A stretch of 32,000 nt of DNA, from positions 1-32,000 of the forward strand of contig NZ_LWLG01000017.1 of NCBI RefSeq assembly GCF_001652585.1. Reading direction: 5' to 3'. How positions within the stretch are numbered: the first letter of the stretch is position 1; each line of letters opens with the position of its first letter. Of this stretch, positions 23,114-32,000 are shown piece after piece. Both the position numbers and the translations under genes were made by a program. Below the pieces are notes generated by a model. That model searched no databases, was not told the DNA's origin, and saw only the letters and a program-made list of their open reading frames with translations. Source of the stretch: Thermosulfurimonas dismutans. Its GTDB lineage: Bacteria; Desulfobacterota; Thermodesulfobacteria; Thermodesulfobacteriales; Thermodesulfobacteriaceae.

Positions 23114-23910
23114 AGATAAAGAAAAAATTTGTGATTGGTATTTTGACAAGTCTTTTTCTTCTGCTGGCCTTTATTCCTAAAACCTATGCTCACTTTCTGT
23201 GGTTAAACGTTGATGATTATACCCCTAAAAAAGGACAAGAGGTCCGCATCACCCTCGGTTGGGGACACAAGTTCCCCGAAACACCAACCCCTCCTAGAGA
23301 GGAGATGGTAAAGAAACTCTCCCTCTTTTTGATAGATCCTGATGGTCAAAAAATTCCTCTTAATATTCCCGTAAAAGACGGAAAACCACAGCCCGTTAGA
23401 GTAAAGGTAACCAAAAACGGCATTTATTTAGCCGTAGCTATCGCCAAACACTTTGTTTCCAAAACCACGGAAGGTTATTTCTATAAATCCAGAGACGAGT
23501 TAAAAGACAAAGAAATTATTTATTCCAAGTGGTCTGAAACTACTGCGATCGCTATTATAAGTGTGGGTAAATCTAAAAAATTTGATACTCCTAACAATCT
23601 AGACTCTAGCTTTTACATCCTTCCTCTGGTTAATCCCTCGGTTTTAAAAGAGGGAGAAACCTTTCAGGTAAAGGCAATATTTTACGGTAAACCCTATCGC
23701 ACCTGGGTGTATGCTACTTATGCGGGATTCAGTAAATTTAAAGATACCTATGCTTGGGCAACCAAAACAGACAAGAGGGGCATAGCTAATATTAAAATTT
23801 TGAAGAGTGGGGTAAACTGGTTGCTTAAAAGCGAGGTTGAGAAACACTATCCAGATCCAAAGAAAGCCGATATAGCAAGTTACAAATGTTCCGTAACATT
23901 TGGATTCTAG
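23110..23910 (+). CDS. DUF4198 (CbiK-like periplasmic Co/Ni-binding) protein
   Basis: Signal peptide followed by AHFLWLNVDDYTPKKGQEVRITLGWGHKFPE. Full length, 266 aa. Confidence 0.65.
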   Translation: MKIKKKFVIGILTSLFLLLAFIPKTYAHFLWLNVDDYTPKKGQEVRITLGWGHKFPETPTPPREEMVKKLSLFLIDPDGQKIPLNIPVKDGKPQPVRVKVTKNGIYLAVAIAKHFVSKTTEGYFYKSRDELKDKEIIYSKWSETTAIAIISVGKSKKFDTPNNLDSSFYILPLVNPSVLKEGETFQVKAIFYGKPYRTWVYATYAGFSKFKDTYAWATKTDKRGIANIKILKSGVNWLLKSEVEKHYPDPKKADIASYKCSVTFGF

Positions 23911-24401
23911 TTTTGATTTTATTTTTATTTCTAGCTTCGCGAGAAGTCCTTGCTCACGGAGTTGAAGGAGAAATTGAATATCTCCGTGGGGCGGTTGTTG
24001 TTACCGCCTGGTATGACACCGGAGAACCGATGAGTTATGCAAAAGTAGAGGTTTATGCCCCTGATAGTAATATCAAATTTCAATCTGGAAGAACAGACCG
24101 GAATGGTCGTATCGCTTTCGTACCCGATGTACCCGGAAAGTGGCGAGTAGTGATCTCGGATGAACTCGGACACAAGCTCGATCTTTCCGCAAATATAACA
24201 AGTATTTCTCCGGAGAAACCGGTAGAAAATACTCAAATCACCGAAGCTAGAAAAAGCACATTATTATCGCGCAAAATAAGTATTATTATAGGACTTTTGT
24301 TAATATTCGGCCTCTTCGGCTGGATAAAGGAAATTAAGCAATTTCGTCAAAAGGTTTACGGCGGAGACGATGAGGTAGGGCCAGGCGTTCGGCCACCCTG
24401 A
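23886..24401 (+). CDS. Exported beta-sandwich (transthyretin/CarboxypepD_reg-like) protein with a C-terminal membrane anchor
   Basis: Signal peptide, then AHGVEGE..AKVEVYAPDSN..GRTDRNGRIAFVPDVPGKWRVVISDELGHK, then a TM helix IIIGLLLIFGLFGW. The family assignment is tentative. Confidence 0.45.
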   Translation: MFRNIWILVLILFLFLASREVLAHGVEGEIEYLRGAVVVTAWYDTGEPMSYAKVEVYAPDSNIKFQSGRTDRNGRIAFVPDVPGKWRVVISDELGHKLDLSANITSISPEKPVENTQITEARKSTLLSRKISIIIGLLLIFGLFGWIKEIKQFRQKVYGGDDEVGPGVRPP

Positions 24402-25320
24402 GATCCTCCTCGGTGACCTCGGTCCTCCCGGAAAAGGCCGCGTGAGCCCTAGCCGCACGGGCCATGGTAAGATCGGCTCGGTGCCCGTCAACCCCCAGCG
24501 TTATGGTCTTTTTGGCGATGGCATAAAGCATCTCCTCTGGAAGCCTTACCTCCGGAAGCCTCTCCTTGGCTTCCACGATACGGGCGACCAAGGCTTCGGT
24601 TTCACTCTGAAATTTTTCTTTGAACCCTTCAGGATCCCGCGCAAATTCCTCCCAGCGCTCCATGATGAGCACCCTGGCCTTTGGGTCTTTTAAGCCCTCG
24701 ACCGTCACGCAGAGACCGAAACGATCAAGGAGTTGGGGACGAAGTTCTCCCTCTTCTGGATTCATGGTACCCACCAGGACGAAACGGGCGGCGTGAGAGA
24801 AACTTACCCCTTCCCTTTCCACGTAATTCATCCCCATAGCCGCCACATCGAGGAGGGTATCCACCAAGTGATCCGGTAAAAGATTTACCTCGTCCACATA
24901 GAGAAAACCCCGGTGGGCGGCGGCCAGAAGGCCGGGCTCAAAGCGTCTCTCTCCCCGGGTTAGGGCCGCTTCGAGGTCAATGCTTCCCACCAGGCGATCC
25001 TCGGTGGCTGAGAGCGGAAGCTCCACCACCCGCACCTTTCGCCTCGTGCGGGGAAGCCGGCCTTCCTTCTCAAGGCGCTCTTTACAGAAAGGACAGAGGC
25101 TTTCGGGTGAGTCCGGATCGCAGGAAAAAGGACAACCCTCCACTACCTCTATCTCCGGAAGGATGTCCGCTAGGGCCCGTACCACCGTAGATTTACCGGT
25201 GCCCTTTTCACCCCGAATGAGGACTCCCCCGATTCCGGGGTCAATCACGTTAAGAAGCAGAGCTAACTTCATGTCCTCCTGACCTACGATGGCGGTAAAA
25301 GGAAAAAGGTATCTCTTCAT
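24334..25320 (-). CDS. chlI: Mg-chelatase-type AAA+ subunit (ChlI/BchI family)
   Basis: FPFTAIVGQEDMKLALLLNVIDPGIGGVLIRGEKGTGKST, Walker B FLYVDEVNLL, and GTMNPEEGELRPQLLDRFGL are the canonical ChlI/BchI motifs. Confidence 0.85.
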   Translation of the reverse strand: MKRYLFPFTAIVGQEDMKLALLLNVIDPGIGGVLIRGEKGTGKSTVVRALADILPEIEVVEGCPFSCDPDSPESLCPFCKERLEKEGRLPRTRRKVRVVELPLSATEDRLVGSIDLEAALTRGERRFEPGLLAAAHRGFLYVDEVNLLPDHLVDTLLDVAAMGMNYVEREGVSFSHAARFVLVGTMNPEEGELRPQLLDRFGLCVTVEGLKDPKARVLIMERWEEFARDPEGFKEKFQSETEALVARIVEAKERLPEVRLPEEMLYAIAKKTITLGVDGHRADLTMARAARAHAAFSGRTEVTEEDLRVAERLALPHRLRRKPFDEIA

Positions 25321-27182
25321 GGTTCACCTCTCGCAATTTCGTAAAGTCTATCAGCCCGGAGGGCTTCAGGGGTAAAGTAACGGGCAGAAAGGAGTTCGGC
25401 GAGCCTCCGGGCCATTTCAAGTCTTAAGCCCCCTGTTTCGGTATCTACCACCACGAATTCGGTCTGCGGAAAGTTCGCCGAAAGTCTTCCGGCCAAGACC
25501 TCGATTTCCTCCCGCGGTGGTTTCCCGGTAAGGCTAACATTACCTCGGCCGTCAGTGATTAGAATGACGGTAGTGAGGAGCCGAGAATCTTTTCGACGTA
25601 TCTCTTCAAGCAATCGGTAAAGTTCGCTAAGGGCGGCGGGAAGCGGGGTTGAGCCTCCTACCGCAAGCTCCGAAAGGACCCTTGCGGCCCGATCCACAGA
25701 ATTGGTAGGCGGGAGAACAATCCGGGCCTTATCCCCGCGGAACACCATAAGGGCCACTCGGTCCCGCCTCTGATAGGCCGAAAGGAGGAGACTCATAATA
25801 GCACCCTTGGTTTCCCTCATGCGGGCCTCGGCGGCCATGGAACCCGAGCCGTCCACACAGAAGACCACGAGGCGAGAGCTTCTCACCAGCTTGAGCTTGG
25901 CCCGCAGATCCTCCTTACGGATTACAAACCTTCCGGGACCACCACCGCGGATCTTCTGTTTTAAGGCCGCCGAAAGAAAGGTGGGGATAAGGGCTATCTC
26001 CCCCTCCCCCTTATAGGGAACAGCCCTTACGAAATATCCCCTTCCGGTAAGAGAAAATCCCTTAGATCTCTTACCGAAAATCTTGACCTGCTGTGGCCGT
26101 TCGCGATGACCGCTAAACTCCCTCACCCGGAAGATCTCTCCCACGGAAAAGACTTTGTCCTCGCCCTCTTCGGGCCTTACCTCCTCGGGTTCGGCAAATT
26201 TTGTATCGGTACGACTGTTCTCTCCTCTATCTTGCCCCTCCGTCGGCGTTTCGTGAGAACGACCTCTAGGGGCCTCTTTTTCCCTCGGGGAGGAATTCTC
26301 TTCAGGAGGCTTGCGGTCTTCTTTGTTTTCTTCCCCGGGCTTACTTTCGGGCTGAGGTTTAGGTCTGCCCCGTGATCTCTCCCGTCTCCGGTGGGCGAGA
26401 ACCAGTTCGGCCACGGACTCCACATCCTCGGGGGTGGCCTCGGAGCGGCCCTTTAGGGCCGCGTGGGCCCGAACGGCCTCTAAAAGAAAAATTTCCGCCC
26501 GGTGACCAGCCGCGGCGGCCTCAAGCGCAAGCCGTGCTATGAGGGCACGAAGGTAGCCAGAAATCCTGACCCCGGGAAGCAAGCTTCTGGCCTTTAAGAT
26601 TTCCTCACGGAGCCCCCTTTCCTCCTCCGCAAAGGTCTCCTCAAAACCCTCGGGATCCATCTCCCAGAAGAGGCGTCGTCTCAGGATCTCAACCCGCAGG
26701 CTCGGGTCCCTTTCGGCAGAGACCTCCACATAGAGACCGAAACGGTCAAGGAGTTGCGGTGAAAGGGGACCCTCCTCGGGATTCATGGAACCGATCAAGA
26801 GGAATCGCCCGGACTCCGAGGCGGAAAGCAAGAGGGAAACGATGGATGGAGGCAAAAGATTTATCTCGTCCACATAAAGCACTCCGCCCTCGGCCTGAGC
26901 GAAAAGGCCAGGGACAAAGACCCTTCGACCGTGCTTTAAGGCCTCCTCCAGGCAAAGATGACCGGTCAATCGTTCCTCCGTTACTGAAAGGGGAAGATTC
27001 ACAAAAGGGCCTTCGATGAGGCGAGCTAAGGCCCGGCCTGCGGTGGACTTGCCCGTGCCCTTTTCTCCGGAAAGGAGCACCCCCGAAAGCCGCGGGTTTA
27101 TCGCGCAGAGCATAAGGGCAAGCTTCATTTCTTCCTGCCCTACAATGGCCGAAAGGGGATAGAGCCTCTTGGTCATTTCCAT
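25317..27182 (-). CDS. chlD: Chelatase ChlD/BchD-type subunit (AAA+ N-domain, Pro/acidic linker, vWA domain)
   Basis: N-domain SAIVGQEEMKLAL..GEKGTGKST..VLYVDEINLL. Charged/Pro-rich linker. vWA MIDAS VFCVDGSGSM. The start is at 27182 or 27176 (ATGA overlap with the cobN stop); the track start 27227 is unlikely. Confidence 0.8.
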   Translation of the reverse strand: MEMTKRLYPLSAIVGQEEMKLALMLCAINPRLSGVLLSGEKGTGKSTAGRALARLIEGPFVNLPLSVTEERLTGHLCLEEALKHGRRVFVPGLFAQAEGGVLYVDEINLLPPSIVSLLLSASESGRFLLIGSMNPEEGPLSPQLLDRFGLYVEVSAERDPSLRVEILRRRLFWEMDPEGFEETFAEEERGLREEILKARSLLPGVRISGYLRALIARLALEAAAAGHRAEIFLLEAVRAHAALKGRSEATPEDVESVAELVLAHRRRERSRGRPKPQPESKPGEENKEDRKPPEENSSPREKEAPRGRSHETPTEGQDRGENSRTDTKFAEPEEVRPEEGEDKVFSVGEIFRVREFSGHRERPQQVKIFGKRSKGFSLTGRGYFVRAVPYKGEGEIALIPTFLSAALKQKIRGGGPGRFVIRKEDLRAKLKLVRSSRLVVFCVDGSGSMAAEARMRETKGAIMSLLLSAYQRRDRVALMVFRGDKARIVLPPTNSVDRAARVLSELAVGGSTPLPAALSELYRLLEEIRRKDSRLLTTVILITDGRGNVSLTGKPPREEIEVLAGRLSANFPQTEFVVVDTETGGLRLEMARRLAELLSARYFTPEALRADRLYEIARGEP

Positions 27183-30100
27183 ATCTCTCCGATTTCCTTG
27201 CGGAGATCCTTCATTCTCGCCTGCCATTCAGCTACCTCATCTACGGAATACATATCCACGGCCCCGCCCTGAAAACCGCCTTCGGTCTCTCCTATCGCAT
27301 CCTCGAGTCGTCCTTCGAGCTCAAGGTAAGCGTCTCTCAATTTTTCAAGTAAACCAGCCTCCGGCCTCCAGAGACCTCTCTTCTCGGCCTCAAGTAGCCT
27401 TCGGGCGATTTCTTCCAGGGCGTAAGGGTTGTGTTTCATAAAGAAATCCCGATTTTCTTTGTCTACGACAAATTTACGGGTAATTTCGTCGAAGATCCAG
27501 TCGTCAACCTCGCCGGTGGTGGCCTGCCAGCCGAATAGGCGTCCGATGCGTTTGGAGATCTCCGCCGCTCCCTTGTAGCCGTGTTGCTTCATGCCTTCTA
27601 TCCAGCGCGGATTCAAGAGTTTAGCCCTTGCCACCCGCCGGATTTCATCGGCAAGGTCACGAACCGCAACCGCCGCCCTCTCCCTGGTATCACCGTAGTA
27701 GGCCTTTACCTTTTTCCCGGAGAGTTCCCTTGCGGCCACCGTAAGTCCGCCGTGGGTACCGAAGTAGCAGCAGCAACCGAAAAGATCGTATTCATCGGTG
27801 AAGGAATTGTTGAAGGTCGCCTCTACCGTGCGCAGGCCTTCGGCAAATTCCCGGTGGGCCTTCTCTCCGAAGACGCCTTTTCCGTAGGCGTAGCCGTTCC
27901 AGTATAGGAAGACCTCGGCGAGATCCTTCTCAGTCTTCCAGGCCGAGGCGTAAACCGCAAGGTTCACCCCGGACTGGTAGGTACCCGGAGGAGAGGCGAA
28001 GATCCGAAAGGTGGCCCTGCGGAAGGCGTCCTTTTTGCCTCCCAACTTTTCAAGCCGTTCCAGGGTGTGCTTGCGCACAAAGTTCATCTCCAGGGGTTCC
28101 TCAAGCTCCGCCACCAGGCACACAGCCTCGTCCACCAGCTCCAGACATCGAGAAAAATTGTCCCGGGTGATTCCGGAAACCCTTACCGTGACATCTATGC
28201 GGGGGCGACCGAGTTCGTGAAGCGGGATGACCTCAAGCCCTTTTACCCGGCCGTTGGGGAGCCATACCGGTCTTACCCCCAGTAAGTAAAGTATCTGGCT
28301 CATGACCTCCCCTTCGCTCCACATGATGTCCGTGCACATCCAGTAAAAAGCTACGTTTTCGGGGAGCCGCCCCTCGTCTTTCCGGAATTTCTCAAGGAGG
28401 GCCTCGGCCAGCTTGACGCCCACGGCGTAGGCCGCTTTCGTGGGAACCCTTTCAGGATCAAGGGAGTAAAAATTTCTTCCGGTAGGAAGAATGTCATCCC
28501 GGCCGCGGGTTATGAGCCCGGAGGGCCCGGGAGGGATGTAGCCTCCGGAAATCCCGTAAAGTAAAGCCCCCATCTCGTCCGAGGCCTCTATGCGGCTTCT
28601 AAGATCCTTTATCCGGGAGGCCAGCTTTTCCAGGTGTTCCATAGGAACCCTCTCTACAGCCTCCTTTCCGCAGAGACGGACGAGAACTTCTCTGGCCTTT
28701 TCCCCCTCAAGGACGCCGCGGACGAATTTTCCGGATAGTTTCTCCACCCGCTCAAGGAGCCGACCTTTGGTGGGATCATTCAGGAGATCCTCCAGCCGAA
28801 AACCCAGAGCCCGGGCCATTACCCGCCGAAGATCCGAAGGCTCCCCAGAATCGTAGCGCAGAACGGCTCGTATAAATTCGGCCAGTTTTTCGCCTCGGGG
28901 AATCTCTCCAAAGATGTGCATACCTTTGGGCACCTGGGTACTTCGCAGGCGGGTTAGGGCCTCGTGAATGCGGCGGATAAACTCCTCCGGCTCAGTCTCC
29001 TTCGAGGGTTTCACCTCTCGGTCAAGACCGGTTTTCCGAACAAGGTCAACCAGACGGTGAAGTATCTCGTGGGCCCGTGCTGGACTTCCGGCAGCCGCCT
29101 TTTCGTATTCCTCAAGGAGTCGATCCAGCTCAAGATAACCCTCATAAAGCTCTCCGGCCTCAAGTACCGTCTGCAGGTGATCTACCAGAACGGCATAACT
29201 TCGCCGTTTGGCGATAGTGCCCTCCGGGGGGTTATCAGAATTATAAATGTAAAGATGGGGCCGTTCGTGAATGGAGAGATCCGGAAAACAGGCCGCAGAG
29301 AGCCCTACCCCCTTTCCCGGAAGAAATTCCAGATTGCCGTGGGTGCCCACATGGATGATCACATCCGCCCCGAAGACCCTCTCGAGCCAGCGGTAGGTGG
29401 CCACATACTGGTGGGGAGGGGGAACCTCGGGGTCGTGGAGGATCTTGCATACCTTCCCATCACAACGCGGCCCGGCACAGCCCCGCTTGGGTTGAACGCA
29501 GACCACCGCGTTTCCGAAACGAAGCCCGGTAACCACGATCTTTCCATCATGGACCATGGCCGCGGGTACACCGTTCTTCTCCTCCCCCGGAGGGTCTCCC
29601 CAAGCCTCTCTCATCCGCAGGCGAACTCCTTCCGGGAATTCCTCCCACCAGGGGAGGTATTCCTCAAGCGGGACCATAGCCAGGGCGCCTCCCTTTTTCA
29701 CAATTTCCTCCACCGTGGTCCACCGGAACTCCGAAATAGCCTTCCTTTTGAGGATCAGATCAATCAATTCCTTTCCGTTTTCGGGCTCTCCCTCAACACG
29801 ATAGCCCTCCAGTTTGAGACGTTTCAGGATCCGGGCCACACTCTCAAGGGTATCCAAATGGGCCCCGGACCCCACCGTGGCCTCCACCGAGGCACAGGGG
29901 TTATTGTGCAACACGAAGACCACCCGGCGTTCCGCAGGAGGTTTGCGACGAAGTTCAATCCAGGCCTTGACCCTCTTTACCAGCCTCTGAACCCTCTCCC
30001 TCACCGGGACTCGACGTTCCAAAACGGCCCCGGTCAAGGGATCCTCTTCCCTTTTCATAGCACCAATGAAAAGGGGCTCTATGACTCCCTCAAATTCCGG

Positions 30101-31030
30101 AAGGGCTACCGACCAGGCGACCTCTGCTGAAAGTCCCTGGGGATCCTCTTCCCACTCGCTCACCGTGCGATAGTAAGCCACTACCGGCTGAAATACCGGA
30201 ACTCCAAGCCGGCGAAGGACCTCCACCCCGGAGGTAGAAACCGAAGGATCCGAAAGGTCCTTCTCCCGGGTACTTCCCAGGAAGAAAAGGATAAGTTTGA
30301 TCAGGGCCTCTATTCGGGGAAGCCCATCGGCCAGCAGAAATTTTCTTATCGCCTCCCCCGGACCCTCGCTTCCGAGACTCTCGTCCTTTACGCTATAGCT
30401 GAACACCGGTACAACCCCAAGCCCCTGAGCCTCAAATTCCTCTATCAAAGCCCTCTCCACCTCCATTTCCCCGTTTACCCAGTTGTGACGAGAGTAAAGG
30501 ATCCCTACAAGGGGAGTTTTCGGGGAGGGCCGGTACCACGCGAGGTATTCCCCGGTGTCGGTAAAGACTTTAGGGGCCCGAGGGTGATATATACCGGCCA
30601 TAGGAAGGGGCTCGGGGTCCCGATGGGAAACATCGAGGCCCCCGAGCCCGGAGGCTAGATATAGGAGGAGGTTGGCAAAGTTTTCTTCCCCTCCATAGAT
30701 AACATAGCGCAGGGCCTTCTGGACCACCTCCGGAGAGACATTAGAAAGTGTTAAATAAGTGGGATCGTATCCCAGGGATACCAGGGGACGGGTTTTCCCC
30801 AGCTCGGCAAGGCGAGGAAGCATCTCCTCCCAGAAAGAATCCCCGGAGCGGTAAAGGAGGATAATATCCGCCTGGGCAAGCTCGAGAAGGGCCTCCTCCC
30901 TCTTTTCGGGATGGGTCTCGAGGGTGCGGGAAGAGAAAATCCTGACCTCAAGGCCCAGATCCCTGAGTCTTGCAGCGGCTCTTACAAGGACGGGAACATA
31001 ACTAGCCCATAAAATGGCCCCGATTTTCAT
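27173..31030 (-). CDS. cobN: CobN/ChlH-family large chelatase subunit
   Basis: ~1285 aa. Family blocks HVGTHGNLEFLPGK, DNPPEGTIAKRRSYAVLVDHL, GGYIPPGPSG and NPRWIEGMKQHGYKGAAE. The ATG at 31030 has a GGAGGTG RBS, and the track start 31123 overlaps the upstream gene. Confidence 0.85.
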   Translation of the reverse strand: MKIGAILWASYVPVLVRAAARLRDLGLEVRIFSSRTLETHPEKREEALLELAQADIILLYRSGDSFWEEMLPRLAELGKTRPLVSLGYDPTYLTLSNVSPEVVQKALRYVIYGGEENFANLLLYLASGLGGLDVSHRDPEPLPMAGIYHPRAPKVFTDTGEYLAWYRPSPKTPLVGILYSRHNWVNGEMEVERALIEEFEAQGLGVVPVFSYSVKDESLGSEGPGEAIRKFLLADGLPRIEALIKLILFFLGSTREKDLSDPSVSTSGVEVLRRLGVPVFQPVVAYYRTVSEWEEDPQGLSAEVAWSVALPEFEGVIEPLFIGAMKREEDPLTGAVLERRVPVRERVQRLVKRVKAWIELRRKPPAERRVVFVLHNNPCASVEATVGSGAHLDTLESVARILKRLKLEGYRVEGEPENGKELIDLILKRKAISEFRWTTVEEIVKKGGALAMVPLEEYLPWWEEFPEGVRLRMREAWGDPPGEEKNGVPAAMVHDGKIVVTGLRFGNAVVCVQPKRGCAGPRCDGKVCKILHDPEVPPPHQYVATYRWLERVFGADVIIHVGTHGNLEFLPGKGVGLSAACFPDLSIHERPHLYIYNSDNPPEGTIAKRRSYAVLVDHLQTVLEAGELYEGYLELDRLLEEYEKAAAGSPARAHEILHRLVDLVRKTGLDREVKPSKETEPEEFIRRIHEALTRLRSTQVPKGMHIFGEIPRGEKLAEFIRAVLRYDSGEPSDLRRVMARALGFRLEDLLNDPTKGRLLERVEKLSGKFVRGVLEGEKAREVLVRLCGKEAVERVPMEHLEKLASRIKDLRSRIEASDEMGALLYGISGGYIPPGPSGLITRGRDDILPTGRNFYSLDPERVPTKAAYAVGVKLAEALLEKFRKDEGRLPENVAFYWMCTDIMWSEGEVMSQILYLLGVRPVWLPNGRVKGLEVIPLHELGRPRIDVTVRVSGITRDNFSRCLELVDEAVCLVAELEEPLEMNFVRKHTLERLEKLGGKKDAFRRATFRIFASPPGTYQSGVNLAVYASAWKTEKDLAEVFLYWNGYAYGKGVFGEKAHREFAEGLRTVEATFNNSFTDEYDLFGCCCYFGTHGGLTVAARELSGKKVKAYYGDTRERAAVAVRDLADEIRRVARAKLLNPRWIEGMKQHGYKGAAEISKRIGRLFGWQATTGEVDDWIFDEITRKFVVDKENRDFFMKHNPYALEEIARRLLEAEKRGLWRPEAGLLEKLRDAYLELEGRLEDAIGETEGGFQGGAVDMYSVDEVAEWQARMKDLRKEIGEIWK

Positions 31031-31817
31031 GGTTTTCACCTCCGAGAGGATTTCCCGGGAAGGCTCCAGTGAGGGATACCAAGGGATAGCCACGAAAATA
31101 GAGGATCTCAAGGGGAATCTCATAGAGTTCTTCTAAAAGTTCCTGAGCCCTAGGATGTTTCCGGGGGTTCATCTCCGCAAGTATCCGTCCCTTTTTGATA
31201 AGGACTACCCGATCGGCAAAACCGAAGGCCAGATTTGGGTCGTGAAGGGTGGCTACCACTGTAAGCCCCCTTTCTCCGGCGAGTCTGTGGACGGTGGTGA
31301 GGACTTCGATCTGGTGTTTCAGGTCCAGATTGGCGGTAGGTTCGTCAAGAAGAAAGATCGGAGCCTCCTGAAGTAGGGCCCTCGCGAAAAGCACCAGCTG
31401 GCGCTCACCGCCGGAAAGATCCGTAAGGCGACGGCGGACAAGGGCCTCAAGTCCTAGACTTCGGAGCACTTCCCGGGCCTTGATCTCATCCCTTTTTCCA
31501 GGACGAGAGAGAAATCCGAGATGAGGAGTGCGTCCCAGCAGGACAAATTCTAGCACGGTATAGGGAAAGACCGGATGATAGGACTGGGGAACATAGGCCA
31601 GGAGACGGGCCCTCTCTTTGTAGGTAAGGTGTTTCAGGGGCCGCCCGCAAACGAGAACCTCGCCCCTCGTCGGGGTATAGAGCCCCAGAAGGCATTTCAA
31701 CAAAGTAGTTTTCCCGGCTCCATTAGGTCCGAGAAGGACCACAAATTCCCCCTTGTGCAGGGTCAAATTCACTTCCTGAAGAATCTGGGCGAAGGAGAGG
31801 TCACGGACCTCAAGCAT
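31002..31817 (-). CDS. ABC transporter ATP-binding protein (FepC/BtuD/HmuV-type)
   Basis: Walker A GPNGAGKTT, signature LSGGERQ, Walker B FLLDEPTANLD. Coupled to the upstream FecCD permease. Confidence 0.85.
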   Translation of the reverse strand: MLEVRDLSFAQILQEVNLTLHKGEFVVLLGPNGAGKTTLLKCLLGLYTPTRGEVLVCGRPLKHLTYKERARLLAYVPQSYHPVFPYTVLEFVLLGRTPHLGFLSRPGKRDEIKAREVLRSLGLEALVRRRLTDLSGGERQLVLFARALLQEAPIFLLDEPTANLDLKHQIEVLTTVHRLAGERGLTVVATLHDPNLAFGFADRVVLIKKGRILAEMNPRKHPRAQELLEELYEIPLEILYFRGYPLVSLTGAFPGNPLGGENHENRGHFMG

Positions 31818-32000
31818 ACTCCCAGCCCCCGGTCCGTTGTTGTTTGAGGAGATAGATAAAAAAAGGAATACCGGTGAGAGAGGTAATGATGCCTACCGGG
31901 AGATCAAAGGCGGTAAGCGTACGGGCCAGAGTGTCAGAAACCACCAAGAGGCCTGCTCCGGTACACATGGAAAGGGGAATCAGCCGTCGATGGTCCGGTC
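31810..32000 (-). CDS. FecCD/BtuC-family ABC permease, N-terminus beyond the window end
   Basis: Hand translation gives ..DHRRLIPLSMCTGAGLLVVSDTLARTLTAFDLPVGIITSLTGIPFFIYLLKQQR.., the canonical FecCD C-terminus. The stop overlaps the ATPase ATG. Confidence 0.8.
   Translation of the reverse strand, partial: PDHRRLIPLSMCTGAGLLVVSDTLARTLTAFDLPVGIITSLTGIPFFIYLLKQQRTGGWEYA

Noticed and set aside
24334-24401. 68-nt convergent overlap between the 171-aa anchored protein and chlI, possibly from a mis-called end or a frameshift.
   Set aside because: Both frames are open, and the chlI C-terminus (..LPHRLRRKPFDEIA) looks native. The tail after the TM helix of the 171-aa protein is unconserved-looking but needs no frameshift. 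It is noted only as an overlap.
28964-30130. 388-aa plus-strand ORF, with other plus-strand ORFs at 27169..28856 and 29556..29804.
   Set aside because: They are antisense to cobN, whose translation carries unmistakable CobN-family blocks. These are shadow ORFs.

Overview
Bacterial chromosomal window. The E/K/R/L-rich proteins suggest a thermophile, but the taxon cannot be determined from the sequence alone. Contents from left to right follow. (1) A type III-A-like CRISPR-Cas module lies at the left end: csm3<-csm2<-cas10 on the minus strand. It is divergent from a 1218-aa SEC-C/TPR/Zn-ribbon protein, a small Csx20-like protein and cas6. No CRISPR array is present in the window. (2) tRNA-Glu follows, directly preceded by a 3' fragment of a tRNA-Lys. 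(3) The main finding is a complete integron at about 9.8-18.4 kb. It has a tyrosine-recombinase intI on the plus strand, an attI region with a candidate Pc promoter, and nine cassettes on the minus strand. The cassettes are separated by eight full and one truncated ~60-bp attC sites of a single homogeneous family. The array is visibly much more AT-rich than its flanks. The cargo is mainly toxin or defence-like: three orphan proteins with HEPN-like motifs, a NYN-domain protein, a 498-aa ABC/AAA ATPase with a Toprim/DUF4435-like tail, HicAB, a RelE/ParE pair and a decayed copy of that pair. The IntI ORF appears to lack the IntI-specific insertion. (4) Next come a small membrane protein, a decayed ABC-ATPase remnant, an orphan ORF and an intact tRNA-Lys. 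A 46-bp segment at the tRNA-Lys 3' end is duplicated at 9150-9195. This brackets the whole integron in a ~10.3-kb island-like segment. (5) A 950-bp IS with 15-bp inverted repeats and an 11-bp target duplication follows. (6) A metal/tetrapyrrole cluster fills the right end: a TonB-dependent receptor, two DUF4198 (CbiK-like) proteins and an anchored beta-sandwich protein. These are convergent with an ABC permease/ATPase-CobN-ChlD-ChlI operon. All calls come from hand translation and motif recognition; no database search was run.
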